64,000 bases of DNA from Candidatus Onthoplasma sp. (lineage in GTDB: Bacteria > Bacillota > Clostridia > Christensenellales > UBA1242), in the NCBI GenBank assembly GCA_965646995.1, contig CBFGBH010000003.1:3533-67532 (forward strand). Reading direction: 5' to 3'. This document shows positions 49,195 to 57,000 of this stretch, piece by piece. The notes under the pieces are model-generated. The model had not been told where the DNA came from, ran no database searches, and saw only the letters and a list, made by a program, of their open reading frames with translations. The position numbers and the translations under genes are program-made. The stretch's first letter is position 1, and each line of letters opens with the position of its first letter.

Positions 49195-49404
49195 TAATGG
49201 TTTAATCAACCCATATTCAGTAAGTGTATCAAACGATTCGTCATACCACTTCTCACGGTATTCTTGGGCGTAGACATGATAATAATAGTCTCCAGCCTTT
49301 TTGCCGTAAATTCTATGATAATCTTCTCTTTCTTTTAAATTGTCTTTAATAGTTGAATTATATTACATATAGGTATCATCAAATGTAATATGTTTATATT
49401 GCAT
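49192..49404 (-). pseudogene. Small ORF (70 codons) interrupted by one in-frame TAA
   Basis: My own translation: MQYKHITFDDTYM-stop(49365-49363)-YNSTIKDNLKEREDYHRIYGKKAGDYYYHVYAQEYREKWYDESFDTLTEYGLIKPL-stop. It is too short for the ORF track. No family recognised. Confidence 0.4.
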
Positions 49405-49562
49405 ACTAACCTCAAACTAATTATAACTCTTATCTATTTATTTGCCAATGCTACTAATAATCTCCACTTACTCCTGTAACTATTTGTAATGTTAAATAAT
49501 ATTAGAAGCTTTCAGTGGTGCTTTTTTATTCTAAAAAGAGTAGTTCGGACATACATTAAAGT

Positions 49563-50027
49563 ATGAATTATAATGACTTCCCTATACTTGATGATGATAC
49601 ATATAGAATGATGATGAATGAGTACAATAATACTCTTCCTTTTGATAGAAATACGACTATCAATAAGCTTTTTTTAGAACTCGATGAATGCAAAAATTTC
49701 TGTCTAGGGCTAACTAAGCATGTAAATAAAAAAATCCAATTAGCAGTAGAGAAAGCAAAAATAGAAATAGAGAAAATACTCGAGAATTTTCACGCTACCT
49801 TTACTATCAATGTCAAATCGCAAAAAGAGATAAAAGATTTCAATCTATTCACATTTATAAAAAAATTAATTAATAGCATATCGTCTATGAACATTTGGGC
49901 TAATAATGAGCAAAAAACTTATTATAAAAATCTAGCAAGCATGAATATAGTCACATTGATTAAGATACTAGTTGAAATAATCGAAGCTCTTGAGAATAGT
50001 AACCTTCATCTATTCAAATTCATGTAA
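49563..50027 (+). CDS. Hypothetical protein (154 aa), predicted helical
   Basis: ORF track only. No SD and no recognised family. Followed by the terminator at 50136-50159. Confidence 0.5.
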   Translation: MNYNDFPILDDDTYRMMMNEYNNTLPFDRNTTINKLFLELDECKNFCLGLTKHVNKKIQLAVEKAKIEIEKILENFHATFTINVKSQKEIKDFNLFTFIKKLINSISSMNIWANNEQKTYYKNLASMNIVTLIKILVEIIEALENSNLHLFKFM

Positions 50028-50135
50028 ATGATACTATATCCGTTTCTAAGTCACTCTAGACACACGATATGACACCACTCACACCTATATAAAAGGCGGA
50101 ATTTATATTTGTCGTTGCGAGTGAAAGCGTAGCAA

Positions 50136-50159
50136 TCTCACTATTGAGTGAGATTTTTT
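50136..50159 (+). terminator. Intrinsic terminator
   Basis: TCTCACT (50136-50142), ATTG loop, AGTGAGA (50147-50153), then TTTTTT. Confidence 0.7.
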
Positions 50160-50193
50160 GAACTAATAAGTAGGCTCAATCATACACTGAAGT

Positions 50194-51276
50194 ATGAGTA
50201 AAATATGTGTATATGCAATTGCAAAAAACGAAAGAAAATTTGTCGACCGCTGGTACGAATCAGTAAAAGAGGCAGATTATGTGTGCGTGCTAGATACCGG
50301 CAGCACGGATGGAACATACGAGCGACTAAAAGAATTAGGTATCATCACAGAGCGAAAAGTTTATGACAAATTTCGCTTCGATATAGCACGAAACGATAGT
50401 ATGTCACTAATTCCTACAGATACCGACATATGTGTATGCGTAGACCTAGACGAGATATTCGTTGGCGGTTGGACGAAAATATTGAAAGACCACTGGAGCG
50501 AAAATGTATCACGCGCTAGATACCGATACACTTGGAATTTCAATCCAGACGGCAGCGAAGGTATAGTCTTTTTCGCTGACAAGATTCATAAATACGGCGA
50601 ATTTGTCTGGAAACACCCAGTACACGAAATATTAGCTCCAAAATATAGCGAAAACTACACCACCATTACCCTACCTAACATTCAGCTCAATCATCATGCA
50701 GACAATACCAAATCTCGCTCAAACTATCTACCACTACTAGAGATGAGTGTCAAAGAAGACCCAGAAGACGACAGGAATATGCACTATCTCGGTCGTGAAT
50801 ATATGTTCTATGGAAAGTACGAGCTAGCCATTAAGACTCTAAAAAGACATCTCGCTCTCAAATCAGCGACTTGGGACATTGAGCGAGGTGCAAGTCTAAG
50901 GTATATCGCCAATTCATACAAAATGCTCAGCAAACCTACAAAGCAAATCGAATACTTGCATCGTGCCATACTCGAGGCTGACAATGTTCGTGAGCCATAT
51001 TACGAATTAGCGCTCGCCTACTATGAAAGAAAAGATTATCTCAAATCAGCATTCTATATGAGTGAAATGCTAAAAATCACCAACCGAGAACTCAACTACA
51101 TGTCAGCACCTATCTGCTGGAGTTATCTACCATACGACTATCTATCTATGTGTTTCTATTATCTGAAAGACTATAAAAAAGCGGTCATAATGGTAGACAA
51201 AGCTCTGGCTCTGCACTCAGATGATAGACTAAAAAACAATAGAGAAATCTTCGTCAACGAATTAAATAAGAAATGA
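50194..51276 (+). CDS. Glycosyltransferase family 2-like domain fused to TPR repeats (360 aa)
   Basis: N-terminus: ICVYAIAKNERKFVDRWYESVKEADYVCVLDTGSTDGTYERLKELG (GT2-like D-x-GS-x-DGT). C-terminal half: TPR-like YLGREYMFYGKYELAIKTLKRHLAL...YYELALAYYERKDYLKSAFY. Ends with TGA. Confidence 0.6.
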   Translation: MSKICVYAIAKNERKFVDRWYESVKEADYVCVLDTGSTDGTYERLKELGIITERKVYDKFRFDIARNDSMSLIPTDTDICVCVDLDEIFVGGWTKILKDHWSENVSRARYRYTWNFNPDGSEGIVFFADKIHKYGEFVWKHPVHEILAPKYSENYTTITLPNIQLNHHADNTKSRSNYLPLLEMSVKEDPEDDRNMHYLGREYMFYGKYELAIKTLKRHLALKSATWDIERGASLRYIANSYKMLSKPTKQIEYLHRAILEADNVREPYYELALAYYERKDYLKSAFYMSEMLKITNRELNYMSAPICWSYLPYDYLSMCFYYLKDYKKAVIMVDKALALHSDDRLKNNREIFVNELNKK

Positions 51277-51549
51277 CTATTTCGAGAGTTTGTTGTTCAC
51301 ATCTTTCAATTTCTTCATCAACTGTTCAGCTATAGAGCTAAACGAACATAGAGAATAACAAATATCTATCACTGGATGTGGCTCACACACATTCTCTCCG
51401 GGCTCAAATTTCTCACAATCATCTTTCTTACACATAGTCCTACGAACCATACAATTCCCACAAGCTGTCAGTCCCATTATAAATTTATTACGAAAAGTAT
51501 AATGTGGGCAAAAATGTTTACACACTCTACATTTGTCACTAATCTTCAT
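51277..51549 (-). CDS. Small Cys-rich (CxxC...CGxC zinc-ribbon-like) protein, paralog of 61790-62068
   Basis: AAAGGAGATAAAA-ATG. MKISDKCRVCKHFCPHYTFRNKFIMGLTACGNC aligns with MKIPEKCLSCKYFHAHFILYNKFLLSEINCGHC of the second copy. Divergent from an XRE gene. Confidence 0.7.
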   Translation of the reverse strand: MKISDKCRVCKHFCPHYTFRNKFIMGLTACGNCMVRRTMCKKDDCEKFEPGENVCEPHPVIDICYSLCSFSSIAEQLMKKLKDVNNKLSK

Positions 51550-51573
51550 TTTTATCTCCTTTTAAATATAAGT

Positions 51574-51617
51574 TTTACTTATATTAATAGTATTATAATA
51601 TAGACTTTACTTATATT
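51574..51617. promoter_or_regulatory. Two 12-nt direct repeats (TTTACTTATATT) in the divergent promoter region; candidate operators
   Basis: Copies at 51574-51585 and 51606-51617, start to start 32 nt. They lie between the divergent Cys-rich and XRE genes. TATAAT at 51666-51671. Confidence 0.4.
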
Positions 51618-51687
51618 TGTCGATTTATTTTATAAAGTTTTCTGATATTTTTCATTAAAATTGTATTATAATATAAAGGAATGTTAT

Positions 51688-51990
51688 ATGAACAATTTAA
51701 AAAATTATCGTTTAAAAAAGAATTTAACCCAGTTGCAAGTTGCTAAATATTTGAATATTAAGCAAGCAACTTATAGTGGATATGAACTATCTAAATATGA
51801 ACCTCCTATAGAAACTTTAAAAAAACTATCTACTTTATTTAACACCAGTATTGACAACTTAGTTGATAACCAGCAAGGTAATACTGCCAGCCCCATACAA
51901 TCAGAACTAATAGATGAAATATTACATAGTAGTGATAAGACTTGCTATGTGATAAAATCTTTTATTGAAGCATTGAAAAAAAATAACTAA
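51688..51990 (+). CDS. XRE-family HTH regulator (100 aa)
   Basis: Start trimmed to ATG 51688 (AAGGAATGTTAT-ATG). LKNYRLKKNLTQLQVAKYLNIKQATYSGYELSKYEPPIETLKKLSTLFNTSIDNLV is a classic Cro/C1-type HTH. Confidence 0.8.
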   Translation: MNNLKNYRLKKNLTQLQVAKYLNIKQATYSGYELSKYEPPIETLKKLSTLFNTSIDNLVDNQQGNTASPIQSELIDEILHSSDKTCYVIKSFIEALKKNN

Positions 51991-52030
51991 TGCATATATA
52001 CGATATATAAATTAACACTAAGGATTTTAA

Positions 52031-52327
52031 ATGAAAATTAGAGAACTAAGAAAAAAGAATAACTTTACTCAACAAAATGTAGCTAATATCTTAAATATTA
52101 CACATCAATAATATAATAATTATGAAAATGGTAAATTTGAGCCAAATATTGAGACATTAAAAAAATTATCTAAGCTGTTCAATACCAGCATAGATAATCT
52201 CGTCGACAATAATCCAAATATTTCGCTAAGCCCCATTCAAAATGAATTGATTGATGAGATAGTGCATATTAGTGACGAGAACTGCATGAAACTTAAAGCC
52301 TATCTCGACGGACTGAGAAATAAATAA
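52031..52327 (+). pseudogene. Tandem paralog of the XRE regulator, interrupted by an in-frame TAA at codon 27
   Basis: My own translation: MKIRELRKKNNFTQQNVANILNITHQ-stop(52109-52111)-YNNYENGKFEPNIETLKKLSKLFNTSIDNLVDNNPNISLSPIQNELIDEIVHISDENCMKLKAYLDGLRNK. It is collinear with both intact XRE copies. Confidence 0.7.
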
Positions 52328-52350
52328 TATCTACCAAGCACAATAAAAAA

Positions 52351-52375
52351 TCACCTGCATAGCGGGTGGTTTTTC
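52351..52375 (+). terminator. Intrinsic terminator after the XRE tandem
   Basis: CACCTGC, ATA loop, GCGGGTG (one mismatch), then GTTTTT, preceded by A6. Confidence 0.6.
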
Positions 52376-52665
52376 ATATTACGGGTAAACCCCAATGCTA
52401 TTAGCAGCACGCTTGCGTGCTGTGTTTTTACGAGCGTTAGCGTGGCACGGGGTCCCCATAAAACATTTGTGACAGTGGAGTATAGTTTCGCGGAAGCGTA
52501 CCATGTCATTCTGAGCCTGTCGAAGAATCTTTAGATAAAATCCACAATGCTTGCCTCCACTTCCAAGGGGAGCCAAGATCCAATAACTTATCTTATATTT
52601 TTCGTTCAAAGGTACAACCTAAACCGATCCACCAGACTATTTGTGGGTTTTCTATATACAATAAG
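52376..52665. ncRNA. Candidate structured non-coding RNA or relic element; class and strand unknown
   Basis: By eye, GC content is clearly above the flanks. Bracketed by terminator hairpins at 52351-52375 and 52666-52692. Internal hairpins: CAGCACGC-TT-GCGTGCTG (about 52406-52423); CGC-GGAA-GCG with a GNRA loop; ATTCT...AGAAT (52508-52528); and long-range AGTGGAG / CTCCACT (about 52483-52489 with 52554-52560). The only ORF here (52379-52609, minus) has no SD and looks spurious. Confidence 0.35.
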
Positions 52666-52692
52666 AAAAAAGACTTCGCTAGAAGTCTTTTT
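52666..52692. terminator. Bidirectional intrinsic terminator; probable end of the ABC exporter operon
   Basis: A5, AGACTTC (52671-52677), GCTA loop, GAAGTCT (52682-52688), then TTTT. Confidence 0.7.
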
Positions 52693-52862
52693 GGTGTTGT
52701 GCTCTTTATGGATATAAGACACATTAGAGATTGAATTCTAGCTCGGAAAGTTACAACCTAGAATTCACAGATATAGTCTCTATTGGGCAGTCAATGAAAT
52801 TCTCCCAACGGAGATAACATATCGTAAACAAAAGTCTATTTTTTTATAATTAACTCTAATAG

Positions 52863-54605
52863 TTAATTTCCGAATTGAGAATTAAATAATTCGTAATAAA
52901 AACCTTTCTTTTCCAAAAGTTCTTTATGATTTCCCTGCTCCACTATATGCCCCTTATTCATGACTAGAATGGTGTCTGCATTCTCGATAGTAGATAGTCT
53001 ATGTGCCACTATGAAGCAGGTGCGTCCTTCCATCATAATGTCTAACGCTTGCTGTATCTTCATCTCAGTTCGTGTATCTATATTACTAGTAGCTTCGTCT
53101 AATATCATCATCGGTGGGCGGAGTAACATTATCCTGGCGATACATAGTAATTGTTTCTGACCTGCACTGATATTGTCTCCACGCTCGGTAATGATTGTGT
53201 CGTATCCGTTAGGTAATTTCTCTATAAAGGCATGTGCATTGGCGAGCTTGCATGCATCTATAATCTCGTCCATACTTGCGTCCGGCTTGCCATATGCAAC
53301 ATTATCTCGCACGCTCGCATTATACAGCCAACTCTCCTGTAAAACCATTCCATAAAACTGACGGAATGAGTTTCTTTTCACTTTCTTAATATCTTTATTA
53401 CTTACCTTAATACTTCCACTATTCACATCATAGAATCGCATGAGCAAGTTGATTATCGTACTCTTGCCACAACCTGTAGGCCCAACTATAGCCACTCGTT
53501 GACCTTGAGCCACTTCCAGATTGAGATTCTCAATAAGTTTGAATGATGGAGAGTAGCTAAAGTCGACATTTTTAATACTTACCTTACCATTGCAACTCTT
53601 TAATTCTGGCAATTCACTGTCATCTATCTCATCATTCTCCGCCAACAGCTTAAACACCCTATTCGCACTAGCTATCGCAACATTTAAGTCTGCGAAAATA
53701 TTAGCAATATCGTTAAAAGGTTTAGTAAAATTGTCGGATAAGTTCAAAAATGTTGAAATTTTTCCTATCCTTACCTGCCCATTGACTGCCATTATTGCTC
53801 CAACTACCGCCACCAAACCATACAATGACCCATTGACTAATCTGGATGTAGGATATGCAAGCGAAGCGTAGAAAGAAGATTTTTCACTTGAAGTATATAG
53901 TACATCATTGATTTCTTTAAATTTATTGTTGGTTTTTTCTTCGCTATTGAAAGCTTTGATAACTTTCATATTAGATATCATCTCTTCTGCATAACCACTG
54001 AGAGCTCCTTGTGTCTCGACACGTTGCCGATACATCTTCTTGCTATTCTTGGTAATCTTGATAGCTAATAGTAGCGAGAATGGTGCAACTAATATTACTA
54101 CCAATGCCAGCTCCCATTTCATGATGAACATCATTATCATGACCACAATTACTTGGAATATACCACATACGATAGACTTGAACCCCTCTAGGAATCCATC
54201 TGTCACATTCTCTACATCCGCCACCATAGTATTCATAATATCACCATGTGCTGTGTCGTCTATATATTTGATAGGCACGGTATTTAATTTCTTATATAAC
54301 GCATCTCGAATAGTATTAGCTGTCTTATATGTCAATATATTCATATAGTAGCTTCCCAACCAATCAAATAATGAACTCGCAATAGTCAACACCAATATAA
54401 CTATACAATAGTCTAAAAGCAAAACAAAATTGACATCATTAATTCCCACGATACAATCAATCGCATATCCCGAAAATAAAGGTATCAACATATTAAATAT
54501 AATAGCCAGTAAATCGAATATTACGGATACGAAAAATACAGTCTTATGAGGTTTTACATAAGGCATTAAGTTAGATAACAATTTACTAAATTTTTTCTTA
54601 TCCAT
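52863..54605 (-). CDS. ABC exporter permease/ATPase subunit (580 aa), carrying the consensus-site NBD
   Basis: Six-TM N-terminal half. Walker A GPTGCGKST, signature ISAGQKQ (deviant), Walker B MMILDEATSNID, H-loop VAHRLSTI. AGAGGG SD lies directly after the upstream stop. Confidence 0.9.
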   Translation of the reverse strand: MDKKKFSKLLSNLMPYVKPHKTVFFVSVIFDLLAIIFNMLIPLFSGYAIDCIVGINDVNFVLLLDYCIVILVLTIASSLFDWLGSYYMNILTYKTANTIRDALYKKLNTVPIKYIDDTAHGDIMNTMVADVENVTDGFLEGFKSIVCGIFQVIVVMIMMFIMKWELALVVILVAPFSLLLAIKITKNSKKMYRQRVETQGALSGYAEEMISNMKVIKAFNSEEKTNNKFKEINDVLYTSSEKSSFYASLAYPTSRLVNGSLYGLVAVVGAIMAVNGQVRIGKISTFLNLSDNFTKPFNDIANIFADLNVAIASANRVFKLLAENDEIDDSELPELKSCNGKVSIKNVDFSYSPSFKLIENLNLEVAQGQRVAIVGPTGCGKSTIINLLMRFYDVNSGSIKVSNKDIKKVKRNSFRQFYGMVLQESWLYNASVRDNVAYGKPDASMDEIIDACKLANAHAFIEKLPNGYDTIITERGDNISAGQKQLLCIARIMLLRPPMMILDEATSNIDTRTEMKIQQALDIMMEGRTCFIVAHRLSTIENADTILVMNKGHIVEQGNHKELLEKKGFYYELFNSQFGN

Positions 54606-54614
54606 TCGCCCTCT

Positions 54615-56333
54615 TTATTTCGCCTGAGACTCATATATCTCGCGATATATGTCACAATTTTTCATAAGTTCGGCATGTTTACCCATACCTACCACATCTC
54701 CATTGTCTAATACAATGATCAAGTCTGCCGACTTGATAGAAGTTGCACGCTGTGAGATGAGTACTAGCGTGGAATTTAATTTCTTGAGTTCTTTCCTTAA
54801 TTTTGAGTCGGTCAAGAAATCTAGAGCACTGCTACTGTCATCTAGTATTATCATCTCTGGATTTCCTATGATTGCTCGAGCTATAGTCAGTCTCTGCATC
54901 TGACCACCACTCACATTCTTTCCCCCTGCCATGATTTGATAGTCAAGTCCGTTGCTCCATTCACTGACGAACGACCATGCTTGACTGATTTTTAATGCCT
55001 CAATTATCTCTTCATCAGTCGCATTTGGCTTCCTAATCTGCATATTTTCTCTTAAACTTCCGCTAAATAAAGTACTTCGCTGCTGTACTATGCTAATATC
55101 ATTTCTAAGCGACTCGACTGTATAATCTTTCAGATTTTTTCCTTTATATAATACTTCGCCGGATGTGACATCGTAAAACCGCACCATTAAGTTTGCGATA
55201 GTAGACTTTCCGCTACCTGTACCGCCTATGATACCTATCGTCTGACGTGGATATATTGAGAATGATAAGTCTTTAATGAACGACTTGGTCTTATTGTCTA
55301 ATGTGTAATTGAAAGACACATTCTTAAATTCCATCAATGCGCCTGTGGCAAATTTCTTAACAGTGAGAGCATTCTCTCTATCTAAAATCTTAGGCTCAGT
55401 GTTCATCACTTCATCTATTCGGTGCAAACTCGCTGAAGTACGCACGAACATCATAATTATCTGCGATATGATGAGCAATGAAATAGTGATAATAGACACA
55501 TAATTAATCAGCGCGATGATGTCTCCTTGTGACAAATTGCCGATACTTACCTGCCAGCCACCTACATACAATATGGCGATAATCGCAAAGTCAACTATTA
55601 GAAATATCATCGGCTCTAATAAAGACGAAATCTTTGATACTTTAATGCTAGTATTTGTATAATCTCCGCTAATAGCCTCAAAGCGCTTAACTTCGCTGTC
55701 CTGTTTATTAAACGCACGAATAACTCGTGTACCCGACAGATTCTCTTTAGTCACTTTGCTAACATTGTCTAGCTTGGTACGGATTTTCTTAAAATACGGA
55801 GAAGTCTTTTTGGTATAGATTGCTAGTATAATTGAAACTATAGGAATTAAAATCAAGAATACTATAGACATTTTGATATTAATCATTAGGCTCATTACGA
55901 AAGCACCTATGAGTAAAAATGGCACACGAAGTAATAATCTCATAAAGACTGATACTGAATTCTCCACTTGATTGATATCGTTAGTCATACGATTGATGAG
56001 AGACGCTGTGCCGAACTCGTCCAATTCCGGATGTGATAAAGTGGTAACTTTTTTAAACAGATCTCCACGCATGTCAGTCGCGACACCTACACTCGCCTTT
56101 GACGAGCATTTATGACTGATGATACTGAATATAAGACACAATACATTGACTCCTAATATTATGAGTCCATATTTAATGATATAATTTATATCCTTATTCG
56201 ATACACCTACATCTACTATTTTTGCTACTAAAATAGGATTCAAAAGCTCTAAAAAAGCGTCGAGCAATTTAAAAAACGGCCCAAATATCACATACCATTT
56301 ATATTTCTTTAAATACCCCATTAAACGCTTCAT
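54615..56333 (-). CDS. ABC exporter permease/ATPase subunit (572 aa), carrying the degenerate-site NBD
   Basis: Walker A GGTGSGKST and signature VSGGQMQ are canonical. Walker B is IILDDSSSALD (Asp in place of the catalytic Glu). The H-loop is ISQRATSI (Gln in place of His). Confidence 0.9.
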   Translation of the reverse strand: MKRLMGYLKKYKWYVIFGPFFKLLDAFLELLNPILVAKIVDVGVSNKDINYIIKYGLIILGVNVLCLIFSIISHKCSSKASVGVATDMRGDLFKKVTTLSHPELDEFGTASLINRMTNDINQVENSVSVFMRLLLRVPFLLIGAFVMSLMINIKMSIVFLILIPIVSIILAIYTKKTSPYFKKIRTKLDNVSKVTKENLSGTRVIRAFNKQDSEVKRFEAISGDYTNTSIKVSKISSLLEPMIFLIVDFAIIAILYVGGWQVSIGNLSQGDIIALINYVSIITISLLIISQIIMMFVRTSASLHRIDEVMNTEPKILDRENALTVKKFATGALMEFKNVSFNYTLDNKTKSFIKDLSFSIYPRQTIGIIGGTGSGKSTIANLMVRFYDVTSGEVLYKGKNLKDYTVESLRNDISIVQQRSTLFSGSLRENMQIRKPNATDEEIIEALKISQAWSFVSEWSNGLDYQIMAGGKNVSGGQMQRLTIARAIIGNPEMIILDDSSSALDFLTDSKLRKELKKLNSTLVLISQRATSIKSADLIIVLDNGDVVGMGKHAELMKNCDIYREIYESQAK

Positions 56334-56387
56334 TTATATAAGTATAGACTAATTCAATATTTTTTACAAATAATTTAAAGTTCAATA

Positions 56388-56416
56388 TTGACAAACTATT
56401 AAATGTATTATATAAT
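56388..56416 (+). promoter_or_regulatory. Consensus sigma-70-type promoter for the 56434 gene
   Basis: TTGACA (56388-56393), 17 nt, TATAAT (56411-56416). GGAGA SD lies before ATG 56434. Confidence 0.65.
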
Positions 56417-56433
56417 ATCAGCGGAGAAAAATT

Positions 56434-56967
56434 ATGAAACCACACAAAGTTAAATTATTTAATACCGAGGAATCGGACGAATATGTACAGACAGTACGAG
56501 ATTTATTAGTGACCGGCGGGACTCCAGGAGAGAGAATTGAAAATGGTCAAAAGATTAAATACATTAATGTTTTCCTTGACGCTTTCAAACAGATGTATCC
56601 CGCAGTCGAGAATGCCGTTAAATTCTTGAATATAGAGGCGAATGCTACTCTAGACGCATTATGCATATATGCTAGACAAGCAAACTATATAGACATGAAT
56701 AACATCACTAAAATTACTAATGATTTATTAGAGAGCTGGAGAGCCGGTAGTACCGCCCACCGAGACGATTTCATTAGTTTAATGCAAAAAATTGAAAAAG
56801 AAAGCATGCATGAGAATTTTAATTATAACGACGTATTTATCTATTTTCACAGATATATTAAAGTACCATCATGCTCTACTAAATACTATGGCCACAGATA
56901 CAATTACACACATAGCGCAGATAGGACAGAGAATTTATTCCTACAAGACAATAATGACACATATTAA
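56434..56967 (+). CDS. Hypothetical protein (177 aa)
   Basis: ORF track, with a consensus promoter and SD. No family recognised. Confidence 0.6.
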   Translation: MKPHKVKLFNTEESDEYVQTVRDLLVTGGTPGERIENGQKIKYINVFLDAFKQMYPAVENAVKFLNIEANATLDALCIYARQANYIDMNNITKITNDLLESWRAGSTAHRDDFISLMQKIEKESMHENFNYNDVFIYFHRYIKVPSCSTKYYGHRYNYTHSADRTENLFLQDNNDTY

Positions 56968-57000
56968 TATTTAAAAAATTTCGCATTTTCGCGAAATTTT

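Noticed and set aside
49363-52111. Whether the two in-frame TAA codons indicate stop-codon reassignment or programmed read-through.
   Set aside because: TAA, TAG and TGA all terminate well-supported genes in this window: TAA in spoIIID, sufC and the giant ORF; TAG in asnS, aspS and cysS; TGA in the GT2-TPR gene. Pseudogenisation is the simpler explanation.
52379-52609. A 76-aa minus-strand ORF in the GC-rich island.
   Set aside because: It has no SD, its odd composition derives from hairpin repeats, and it is bracketed by terminators. I treat it as non-coding.
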